Virus record (IMG/VR): IMGVR_UViG_3300047510_002509
DNA from: a virus
DNA: 64,000 nt
Reading direction: 5' to 3' (one strand)
Below the pieces are notes generated by a model, which saw only the letters and a program-made list of their open reading frames with translations, was not told the origin of the DNA and ran no database searches. A program made the translations under genes and the position numbers. Shown in pieces: positions 36,691-43,815 of the stretch (position 1 is its first letter; each line of letters begins with the position of its first letter).

Positions 36691-36826
36691 ATTTGAATCT
36701 GCGTCGAACATCGTTAGTGATAAGTCTGCCTTGGAACGTAGATAAGCGAGTAATAACCTTACTGATGAGGTCGATTAAATGACCCCTCCATGTCTGGGTC
36801 TTTTTGTGTCGTGACGTAGTTCTCAT
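36689..36826 (-). CDS. Small basic hypothetical protein (45 aa)
   Basis: Manual translation MRTTSRHKKTQTWRGH...RRRFK; bounded by two copies of the 22-bp motif. Confidence 0.55.
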   Translation of the reverse strand: MRTTSRHKKTQTWRGHLIDLISKVITRLSTFQGRLITNDVRRRFK

Positions 36827-36960
36827 TTTTCCGGGCTCCCGTTCCGTTCTGAGACCTTTGCGCAGTTGATGCAGATGTCGTAGTCCTTACCAGTGAAGGG
36901 ACAGGAGGACTGGGTGGTGAGTTGATGCTTACAGAAAAGTTGTTTGAGGAGATTAAGCAT
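36823..36960 (-). CDS. Small Cys/His protein (45 aa)
   Basis: Manual translation MLNLLKQLFCKH...CPFTG...CINC...; its TGA overlaps the next ATG. Confidence 0.6.
   Translation of the reverse strand: MLNLLKQLFCKHQLTTQSSCPFTGKDYDICINCAKVSERNGSPEK
36827..36848 (-). repeat. 22-bp dispersed motif, copy 2
   Basis: AACGGAACGGGAGCCCGGAAAA directly before ATG 36826. Confidence 0.85.
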
Positions 36961-37207
36961 CTACTTCCTCCAGTTCGGCTGTGAAGTCGGTGATTTCAAG
37001 GACATGGGTGGTTTCTCTGAGTTTAGGCTTGTCTCCATGCATGAAAGCCATATGCATGGATGAGCCTACCTCTGGGTAAGTCATATCTGTGCACTCAATC
37101 CATTGGAAAGCAGGGGCAATCGTATTCGGAGTGTCCTTGCCTATCTTGAGGAACCGCTTTGGGTAATCAACCAGATACACGCTGGTTTCGGTGCGAACTG
37201 TCAACAT
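36953..37207 (-). CDS. Hypothetical protein
   Basis: ORF track; own leaderless promoter. Confidence 0.7.
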   Translation of the reverse strand: MLTVRTETSVYLVDYPKRFLKIGKDTPNTIAPAFQWIECTDMTYPEVGSSMHMAFMHGDKPKLRETTHVLEITDFTAELEEVDA

Positions 37208-37213
37208 AATAAA

Positions 37214-37242
37214 AGACTAAGGGTTAACAGTTGCTGTGTCAA
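37214..37242 (-). promoter_or_regulatory. Sigma70-type leaderless promoter
   Basis: TTGACA-17 nt-TAGTCT-6 nt-ATG(37207). Confidence 0.8.
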
Positions 37243-37249
37243 ATACAAT

Positions 37250-37565
37250 AAAAAGGGGTTGGGGTGAAAACCTAGTACTCGCTTTCGCTTTCCCACCTGC
37301 GCTGCCCCAAGGCGTTACTCAGGTCGTCCCAAGCTTTCGCTCTGCAGGTTGGTTCTGTGGACTCTGCAGTAAAGGGTCTTAAAAGTGAGTAGGTGGACTG
37401 CTTTTTACCACCAAGGCCAAGCTATTACGGCTCTGTAGTACCGCTTTTAGGCCTACCAGACGTTCGGTCGCTAACCACTCTGCTAAGAGCCGCCTGTGCT
37501 TTACCCTCCCCATATAGCTTTGAGAGTGTTCAGCCATACTCCACGCAGCCCGTCGGCTTTGTGTT
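37250..37565 (-). ncRNA. Candidate large structured RNA: expanded tRNA-like domain (37544-37385) plus a second GAAA-capped domain (37380-37267)
   Basis: GC-rich gap with no credible ORF; -10 TAGGAT (37577-37572) not followed by a start codon; many manually paired helices; tRNA-like D arm, anticodon stem, T stem and acceptor pairing. Confidence 0.65.
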
Positions 37566-37624
37566 GAAAAAATCCTAACACATAAATCAGACATTTTGCT
37601 AACTTTATTTAGCAAAAATCCCAA

Positions 37625-37646
37625 TTTTCCGGGCTCCCATTCCCTT
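37625..37646 (-). repeat. 22-bp dispersed motif, copy 3
   Basis: AAGGGAATGGGAGCCCGGAAAA in the divergent intergenic region upstream of the candidate ncRNA. Confidence 0.8.
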
Positions 37647-37674
37647 TTTCTCCAAAGCAGCGTAGAGTAGGGGT

Positions 37675-37983
37675 ATGGAACTAAAAGAGTTTGTGATTAG
37701 GGATGAGGGTTGGGCTACCGACCTACAACAAGGGCTAGAGATGTACATGATGGCTCTATATGACTCTGTGGACGCTGAGGAGGGTACTCCTGAAGCTGAA
37801 ATAGAAACCGAAAGCGGTTTAATCTTCTGTGGGTGCCACACATGTGAAGCAAGAGAAATTCTAAGCTTTATCGTGCCACGAGCCATTAAAGGCTACTTAG
37901 ATGAAAAAGTTGGATTTGAAGATGCACCAGAGGGGTTTGTAGGTAAATTGGCTAAAGTGCCAAGCAACCTAAAACACGATTAA
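37675..37983 (+). CDS. Hypothetical protein (CGCHTC motif)
   Basis: ORF track; leaderless TAGAGT-6 nt-ATG. Confidence 0.7.
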   Translation: MELKEFVIRDEGWATDLQQGLEMYMMALYDSVDAEEGTPEAEIETESGLIFCGCHTCEAREILSFIVPRAIKGYLDEKVGFEDAPEGFVGKLAKVPSNLKHD

Positions 37984-38384
37984 GCAGCTTTTGATCTACG
38001 CTCTTTCAACAAATCAAAGTCTTTAATCTTGGTTTCACCCATGTAATCCCAAGCATAACCACCTGCAATAAGAGCATGGTTGACTGACTGTTCCGCATCA
38101 TCGAGGAACAACCAGCCAAGAATACGACCATACTTTTCAGTTGAGTCTGGCTTCTCAGTTTTAATAACAATCTTTTCGGCGCTCGCAAGAAGTTCGCCTA
38201 GCTTTTTCTTGACCTCAAGACCTAGTTGCTTTTCGTAAGCATCTTTAGTGCGAGACTCTGGGGTATCAATACCAGCAAGTCTTACTCGTTGAAAAAAGCT
38301 GACGTTAAAGCCCAAATCAATGTCGACATCTATTGTGTCCCCATCTACTACTTTATGAACTTTTTTAACTCGATAGGTATACAA
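37980..38384 (-). CDS. Thermonuclease (SNase) family protein
   Basis: VVDGDTID, RVRLAGIDTPE, KYGRILG. Confidence 0.9.
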   Translation of the reverse strand: MYTYRVKKVHKVVDGDTIDVDIDLGFNVSFFQRVRLAGIDTPESRTKDAYEKQLGLEVKKKLGELLASAEKIVIKTEKPDSTEKYGRILGWLFLDDAEQSVNHALIAGGYAWDYMGETKIKDFDLLKERRSKAA

Positions 38385-38963
38385 CTACTTAATGTCCTGT
38401 CCGCAAGCGTGGCAGACTTTCTTTTCTACTGTTGTTGCAGGAGCATCTGCCTTTACCCCAGCACCTTTAAATTTAGGGCGACCAAACCCAACGATTGAGA
38501 CCATTACTCCAGCCTTGTTCTTCTTATAAGCACGAAGCTGCTTGCAAACTTCTCCACCATTTCTTTGGCTTCCGCCCTTGCGATTTGTAGTGTTTCCTTC
38601 AATACACCAAACGGTCCCATCTTCATTGTCTTTAATAACAATTCCAACGTGACTAATGCGATCAACACCATCTGCCGGGAAATCAAAATAGGCAATATCT
38701 CCTGGCTCTGGGTCACAAATTTGTGCGTCATACCAACGATTAACTTTTTTAAATGCTGCTGCACCACTTGGAGTGTAAACAGTGTTAGGAATTTTTACTC
38801 CTGCTTGGTCTCCACACCAATTAACAAATGAACCGCACCATGGTTGAAAGTTAGCTCCAGACCACTTGCCATACTTTGTTTCGTTGTCTTTTGGACCTTC
38901 AATGGTTCCAAGCTCTGCTTTTGCAATCTCAATAAGACGAGCCGCTGTACCTTGCTCTGCCAT
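38385..38963 (-). CDS. CHAP-domain endolysin
   Basis: PWCGSFV, HVGIV, IEGNT. Confidence 0.88.
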   Translation of the reverse strand: MAEQGTAARLIEIAKAELGTIEGPKDNETKYGKWSGANFQPWCGSFVNWCGDQAGVKIPNTVYTPSGAAAFKKVNRWYDAQICDPEPGDIAYFDFPADGVDRISHVGIVIKDNEDGTVWCIEGNTTNRKGGSQRNGGEVCKQLRAYKKNKAGVMVSIVGFGRPKFKGAGVKADAPATTVEKKVCHACGQDIK

Positions 38964-39361
38964 TAGTCTTTATCCCATTCTTCATCGATTGGTTGTTCTT
39001 CAGGCATTTCGCCTTCTGGCTTTCCTGTTGTTGGGGCATCTTCAGTTGGTGTTGGGTCAACTGGTGCTGCTGTAGGAGCAGAGTCTTCTGGTGTGCCAAA
39101 ATCAATTGGTGCTGGTGAATCTCCACCTTTACTACCAATCAAAATACCTGCAAGAGTTCCTGTAATAAATGTTGCAATAGAACCTAGAACATTAAAAAAC
39201 ATTTTGTCGTTTTCTGACTGCTCACCGATTGGTTGAGTGACAAAAATAAGAGCATACAAAATACCCATAGCGGTAAAGAGAAGAATTAATCCTAGAATCA
39301 CGCCAAGAATAAATTTTAATCTAGCGTCTAAATCAGACGACGTATATCTAGCTCTACTCAT
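38963..39361 (-). CDS. Two-TM membrane protein, possible holin
   Basis: Two hydrophobic helices and an acidic tail; coupled to the endolysin gene. Confidence 0.6.
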   Translation of the reverse strand: MSRARYTSSDLDARLKFILGVILGLILLFTAMGILYALIFVTQPIGEQSENDKMFFNVLGSIATFITGTLAGILIGSKGGDSPAPIDFGTPEDSAPTAAPVDPTPTEDAPTTGKPEGEMPEEQPIDEEWDKD

Positions 39362-39566
39362 TTACAGCACCTTCTCCCTGATTAAAAATGTCTTCACCGA
39401 CCAAATCTACAGGACATGTGCCAGCCACAGAGCAGACTGGAGGCTTACATTCTTTGGTGTCCCAGTTATCTGGGTCTTGACATGGGTATCTATAGCCACC
39501 GTCATACCCACACCCCACTAAAGACAAAGCAAGAACAAGTGCTCCTGCAAATCGAGCAATCTTCAT
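39354..39566 (-). CDS. Small Cys-rich lipoprotein
   Basis: Lipobox LVG-C; four further Cys; SD GGAGG. Confidence 0.7.
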   Translation of the reverse strand: MKIARFAGALVLALSLVGCGYDGGYRYPCQDPDNWDTKECKPPVCSVAGTCPVDLVGEDIFNQGEGAVNE

Positions 39567-39653
39567 TTTTCCTCCACAGTCTGTTGTCCTAGACAGCGTC
39601 TATTATAAATTCACATGGAAAAAGTCATTTTTACTTATAAAAAAGAAAACCCC

Positions 39654-40073
39654 CTATTCGGGGGCTTTCTCTTGAATTAAAGGCAAAGGATCAACGTCCT
39701 TATTTCCGTATCGCCATGGGGAGATACGAGCCTCTAGGTGAAGGTGGGGACCAGAACTGTTTCCAGTATTACCTGACAAACCAATAACTTGTCCTTCTTC
39801 CACCTTGTTGCCTTTTTTCACACTTGTCTTGCTTAAGTGTGCGTAGACTGCCCGTACACCTTTGCCATGGTCAATGACCACAGCGGTGCCGTAGGAAGGC
39901 CCCCAAGTAACACTTGGACCAGCCTCTAGTACTTTGCCCTTCTTAACTGCAGAGACTTCAGTCCCCGCTGGGCACGCATAGTCAACTCCCCCGTGGTAGC
40001 CAATTTTCCACATCTTGCCTGGCTTTTTGTAAGGAGTCGTGATTTTGAATTTCTTCGGTAGTGGAGAACCCAC
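39654..40073 (-). CDS. M23 family metallopeptidase
   Basis: HGGVD, YAHL, GPHLH. Confidence 0.9.
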   Translation of the reverse strand: MGSPLPKKFKITTPYKKPGKMWKIGYHGGVDYACPAGTEVSAVKKGKVLEAGPSVTWGPSYGTAVVIDHGKGVRAVYAHLSKTSVKKGNKVEEGQVIGLSGNTGNSSGPHLHLEARISPWRYGNKDVDPLPLIQEKAPE

Positions 40074-40123
40074 TATTCCTCCCGATTGTTGTTCCTATCT
40101 TCATATTATCCTCTGTCAAAAGG

Positions 40124-40164
40124 AAAGCGACTGGGTCGTTTATTATTGACCCAGCCGCTTTTTT
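40124..40164. terminator. Intrinsic terminator-like hairpin
   Basis: AAAGCGACTGGGTC-loop-GACCCAGCCGCTTTTTTT; U-rich tails in both directions. Confidence 0.6.
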
Positions 40165-40251
40165 TCCTTCTTGTCGGGTAAGGAAACTTATTTGTGAATA
40201 TTTTAAGGGTATTTCTAGTCTTTTATATTAAAAAGGTGTAAGTTAAGACTT

Positions 40252-40983
40252 ATGGGAAATGCTCCGATTGAGATAAAGTTTTTAGACATTGTAGGCGACT
40301 TGCCTGAAGAGACTAAGCCATACCCTGCCAAAAAGAACATTCCAAATTGGTATAAAAGTCTTCCTTCTTATATAGATGGTGAACAAGGACAAGTTTATTG
40401 GAATGATGTAGGTATTAATCAAGGTACAGCGACTGGTAAAAAATGTATGCCTATGTTGGATGCTATGACTGCTGGATACATAATTCCCCTACCCACAGAT
40501 ATAAAAGTTTCAAGACAAAATGGTCAGCAGCTGTTTCAATGGCCTGACCACGAAGTGTTGGGGTTTCATCCACCTCTTCAAATGACAACGCACCCGCATG
40601 TTGAAAAAAATTCAAATAACTCAATACCTAAATTTCACTCTCCTTGGACAATAGTTACTCCTCCTGGATATTCTGTTCTCTGTATTGCTCCGCTTAATAG
40701 AGACTCAGAACATAAAATTCTTGAGGCAATCCCTGGGGTTGTAGACACTGACACATACAACCACCCAATTAACTTTCCTTTTTTAATAGACCCGAATTGG
40801 ACTGGAATAATCCCTGCTGGATATCCAATGGTTCAAGTAATACCTTTTAAAAGAGAGTCTTTTAAAATGGAGTTTGGTGGCAGAGAAGAATATCTGAAAA
40901 TGCAGAAAAGCTTTAGAAGACTAAAAATGAGCTTTTACAATGGATATAAAGACCGATTTTGGTCACGCAAGGAATACAACTAA
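40252..40983 (+). CDS. Hypothetical protein (DUF6065-like), paralog of 53932..54636
   Basis: P.WYK, KKCMPMLDAMTAGY, TPPGYS, GVVDTD, QVIPFKRE. Confidence 0.65.
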   Translation: MGNAPIEIKFLDIVGDLPEETKPYPAKKNIPNWYKSLPSYIDGEQGQVYWNDVGINQGTATGKKCMPMLDAMTAGYIIPLPTDIKVSRQNGQQLFQWPDHEVLGFHPPLQMTTHPHVEKNSNNSIPKFHSPWTIVTPPGYSVLCIAPLNRDSEHKILEAIPGVVDTDTYNHPINFPFLIDPNWTGIIPAGYPMVQVIPFKRESFKMEFGGREEYLKMQKSFRRLKMSFYNGYKDRFWSRKEYN

Positions 40984-41079
40984 ACGACGCTTAATTGGGT
41001 CAAACTTCTTTGGACGCTTTTTAAAAGCCTTTCCACACTTACGACTGTCGTTTGTAATTCTTGCTGTTTTTGCAGCCAT
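40963..41079 (-). CDS. Small basic protein (38 aa)
   Basis: Manual translation MAAKTARITNDSRKCGKAFKKRPKKFDPIKRRLVVFLA; SD TAAGGAG. Confidence 0.5.
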   Translation of the reverse strand: MAAKTARITNDSRKCGKAFKKRPKKFDPIKRRLVVFLA

Positions 41080-41087
41080 GATGCTCC

Positions 41088-41696
41088 TTACGCTATATCG
41101 TCACTAAGACGTGTAGTTTCGTCATCTTTCACCTTAGCACCTGGCTCCCACAATATGTCTCCAGAAGTTCTGTTTTCATATCTTGCTAGAACAAAGAGCA
41201 AATCTGACAACCTATTAAGGTATTTAGCAGTCATAAGATTTATGCTTCCCCAATGCTCTTCGGCAGCTTTCCAAGTTGCTCGCTCTGCTCTGCGAACTAC
41301 GGTTCTGGCTACATGAAGATCAGCTGATGCTTTAGTTCCAGATGGAAGAACAAATGAACGAAGTGGTTCAAGATTGAAGTTAATTTTATCTATCCACTTT
41401 TCTAGGTACTCAACTTGTTCCTCTGTAATACGAAGTGGGGTTGTTTTTGAGTCCTCTACTACAGGAGTCGATAAGTCTGCTCCAACATCAAACAAGTGAT
41501 TTTGTATATTACGCATAACTGACATTAACCTGCTGCTAACCATAGAAGACATAGCAACGCCAATAAATGAGTTTGCTTCATCTACTGTTGCGTAAGCTTC
41601 AATACGAGAGTCTGTCTTGGGAACCCTACTAAGGTCTCCAAGAGAGGTTGTCCCCTCGTCTCCAGTCTTTGTATAAATGCGAGTTAGATTTACCAT
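41088..41696 (-). CDS. pduO: ATP:cob(I)alamin adenosyltransferase (PduO type)
   Basis: IYTKTGDEGTT, YATVDEANS, IQNHLFDVGADL, FVLP, RRAER, YLNRLSD; start at ATG 41696 (TAATG overlap). Confidence 0.93.
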   Translation of the reverse strand: MVNLTRIYTKTGDEGTTSLGDLSRVPKTDSRIEAYATVDEANSFIGVAMSSMVSSRLMSVMRNIQNHLFDVGADLSTPVVEDSKTTPLRITEEQVEYLEKWIDKINFNLEPLRSFVLPSGTKASADLHVARTVVRRAERATWKAAEEHWGSINLMTAKYLNRLSDLLFVLARYENRTSGDILWEPGAKVKDDETTRLSDDIA

Positions 41697-41842
41697 TAGT
41701 GTCCTGTCAGCGAGCGCCAAATTTGAAGAGTTATCAGATGTGATAAATAAAGTGCAGCCGCATTAAATGCAATGTTTGCAATAACATTCAGCCAAGGACT
41801 GACTTTTGTCTGCACTTCTAACTTCTCTTCAAGAAGAATCAC
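41696..41842 (-). CDS. Small single-TM protein (48 aa)
   Basis: Manual translation MILLEEKLEVQTKVSPWLNVIANIAFNAAALYLSHLITLQIWRSLTGH; overlaps both neighbours. Confidence 0.6.
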   Translation of the reverse strand: MILLEEKLEVQTKVSPWLNVIANIAFNAAALYLSHLITLQIWRSLTGH

Positions 41843-42300
41843 GGGAATGGAACCTCTCCATTATCTGCAAATACAAGTCCAAGAGATTCACCTGGATGTA
41901 GGTGCACTTGGTCTATCCCTGTTTGAGCCCACCCCCACTCACCCTGTAAATCAAAAGGCCAAGGAATGATTTCGTTTTCTTTTACTAAGACTGCCCAATA
42001 CGACTCTGCTGGTGGCATATCCGTGCAAGACTCTACTGATGCATCAGGGAACCCACCAAGACGACAGAGCACTGCGCTGCCATACTTTAGAGTTCCCTCG
42101 GTTGATAGATTAACACTGCTAAGAAGGTCCAATGCCATGACATCACCTGTGACTGGCACGCATTGCTCTACAACCGCCCCATTATTTAGCGGTCCATAAT
42201 CAATATATAAATTTACGCAATCTGCTTTTGCCTGTTGAGTAAAAGCCAGTATTCCTAGAGCCGAGACAATTAAAACAAATCCTGCTATTAACTTTTTCAC
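41839..42300 (-). CDS. Secreted protein, possibly DUF4430/transcobalamin-C-like cobalamin-binding domain
   Basis: Signal peptide; LCRLGGFP...YWAV...W.WAQTGIDQVHL.PGES.G pattern; in an operon with pduO. Confidence 0.5.
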   Translation of the reverse strand: MKKLIAGFVLIVSALGILAFTQQAKADCVNLYIDYGPLNNGAVVEQCVPVTGDVMALDLLSSVNLSTEGTLKYGSAVLCRLGGFPDASVESCTDMPPAESYWAVLVKENEIIPWPFDLQGEWGWAQTGIDQVHLHPGESLGLVFADNGEVPFP

Positions 42301-42354
42301 TATGCCTTTCTTTAGTGTTTCTTATTCTTTACACTAACGTACTTAATGTATAAA

Positions 42355-42576
42355 TTAAGAAACATTATCTATAGGTTTCCAAAGGTATTGACCATCCATA
42401 AAAGGGTTAAGTTCGCTTGAGCCCTGATAAACCTGATTGGTTTCTCTATCTATTAAAAGCCATTTCTCTGGACATTTTGTTGTAATTGAAAGAGTGATTG
42501 CTTCTGGAAGTGTAGGAGCAGTGAAACTTCCCCAAGCCTGTGCTATAGACCCGCTTTGGATGTCTCTGTAGTTCAC
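42355..42576 (-). CDS. Hypothetical protein
   Basis: ORF track; the GTG directly follows motif copy 4. Confidence 0.65.
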   Translation of the reverse strand: MNYRDIQSGSIAQAWGSFTAPTLPEAITLSITTKCPEKWLLIDRETNQVYQGSSELNPFMDGQYLWKPIDNVS

Positions 42577-42598
42577 TTTTCCGGGCTCCCTTTCCGTT
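42577..42598 (-). repeat. 22-bp dispersed motif, copy 4
   Basis: AACGGAAAGGGAGCCCGGAAAA between a TAA and GTG 42576. Confidence 0.85.
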
Positions 42599-43046
42599 AA
42601 CTTCTTCGGACGCGCTCTATAAGTTCTGTAGAGGAGAAGTTGTGTTTGCGACTATTGTAGTAAATCTCTATGTTGTGAGTTATACAGTAGTCCCTACCTG
42701 TGAAGTCTTTACCTATGTAGTCTTCCCCGATAATTCGAACATCTATGGGCAATGTCTTAAGTAAGTTGAGCAAGTCTTCTTCAGTCTCATAAATGACAAT
42801 CTCATCTACATACTTAACTGCTTTCAGCTGCAACTGACGCTCAATTAAAGACTGTATAGGTTTGCGCTTTTCTGGTCTATCAAGACTTGGGTCTGTTTGA
42901 AGAGCGACTATAAGATGATCGCATGCGGACTTTGCCTCTTCAAGCATGAGAATGTGACCTGCGTGTAGGAGGTCAAAACAAGAAGCGGTAAAACCAACTT
43001 TGTTGTGTTTGAACATACGCTCTAGTTCGAGTAGTGCTGATTCCAT
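42597..43046 (-). CDS. Cytidylyltransferase (TagD/RfaE-like)
   Basis: FDLLHAGH, ER..QL.AVKYVDE, GEDY, SST. Confidence 0.88.
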   Translation of the reverse strand: MESALLELERMFKHNKVGFTASCFDLLHAGHILMLEEAKSACDHLIVALQTDPSLDRPEKRKPIQSLIERQLQLKAVKYVDEIVIYETEEDLLNLLKTLPIDVRIIGEDYIGKDFTGRDYCITHNIEIYYNSRKHNFSSTELIERVRRS

Positions 43047-43790
43047 TTAATCCTCCAACACTGCTTCTTTAATTTTGCGAAGGACTATGTCTTTTGTTCT
43101 AGATTTAGTAAAGGTTTCATATCTATAAGCTAAAGACTTAAACTTCCCAAAACTGTTCTTTGTGTCAGCAACGCTTTCTGCTAGCTTGTAGATTTCATGA
43201 GTCATTTCAAATCGTTTTAGGTTGACCTTTTTGTCAGTTATAAAACGTGCATATAAAACTGGCTCTTCTGCTAAATGAAACCTGTTTACACCCTTCCGTA
43301 GAATCATTTCAACTAAGCAAGGTCTAAACCACTTTGAGATGTTGAACCTACCTGGTGTAATACTTCCGTAATTCTGGTGGATTGTGTCGTGAAGTATTGG
43401 AGGCATTATCTCCATCTCGAGGTCTTCTTCAGAGAAGAACACCCAACCTAATGGCATCCAAATAACTTTCCTATCTTCCATAAAAGTTTCCATTGTTCTA
43501 GATAAGACAATTTGATGCTCTTGAAGAGGAACAAACTTTTGTAAAACAGGGTCAAACTCAAACTTGCTATCTACAACATTTGAAAAGACATAGGTGTTAG
43601 AAAACATGTTTTTATATGCTGGGCAAAAGAAAATACTATTATTTGGGTCAGCGTCTTCTTTTTTAAACTTCTTTAGAGACTGAGAAACTGGCTCTGGATC
43701 GTGGTACATCATGTTCCAGTCATACCGCTCTTCTGGTCTAATTGGGTAGAATGGAGACCAGTAAACAGTAACTTCGTCTTTGCGTGCCAT
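43047..43790 (-). CDS. Hypothetical protein, possibly distantly related to 40252..40983
   Basis: ORF track; FFCPA, PGRFNISKWFR; leaderless TATGAT-6 nt-ATG. Confidence 0.65.
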   Translation of the reverse strand: MARKDEVTVYWSPFYPIRPEERYDWNMMYHDPEPVSQSLKKFKKEDADPNNSIFFCPAYKNMFSNTYVFSNVVDSKFEFDPVLQKFVPLQEHQIVLSRTMETFMEDRKVIWMPLGWVFFSEEDLEMEIMPPILHDTIHQNYGSITPGRFNISKWFRPCLVEMILRKGVNRFHLAEEPVLYARFITDKKVNLKRFEMTHEIYKLAESVADTKNSFGKFKSLAYRYETFTKSRTKDIVLRKIKEAVLED

Positions 43791-43815
43791 GTATTTATCA
43801 TAGTAGAGATTTCAA

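Noticed and set aside
37320-37352. Hammerhead ribozyme (CUGCAGAGCGAAAGCUUGGGAC)
   Set aside because: The core deviates from CUGANGA...GAAA at invariant positions.
37385-37544. Canonical tRNA, tmRNA, RNase P RNA or cobalamin riboswitch
   Set aside because: There is no 7-nt anticodon loop, TTC T-loop or CCA; no tmRNA termini; no GAGGAAAGUCC; and no B12-box consensus.
37547-37552. Base pairing of the ncRNA (CGGGCU) with the motif's AGCCCG
   Set aside because: Only 6 bp and buried in a hairpin; expected by chance.
37379-37624. ORFs 37379..37624 (-) and 37393..37578 (+) as proteins
   Set aside because: Neither has recognisable protein features, and the region is better explained by RNA helices with an internal promoter. 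The minus ORF's TTG does follow motif copy 3, so it is not fully excluded.
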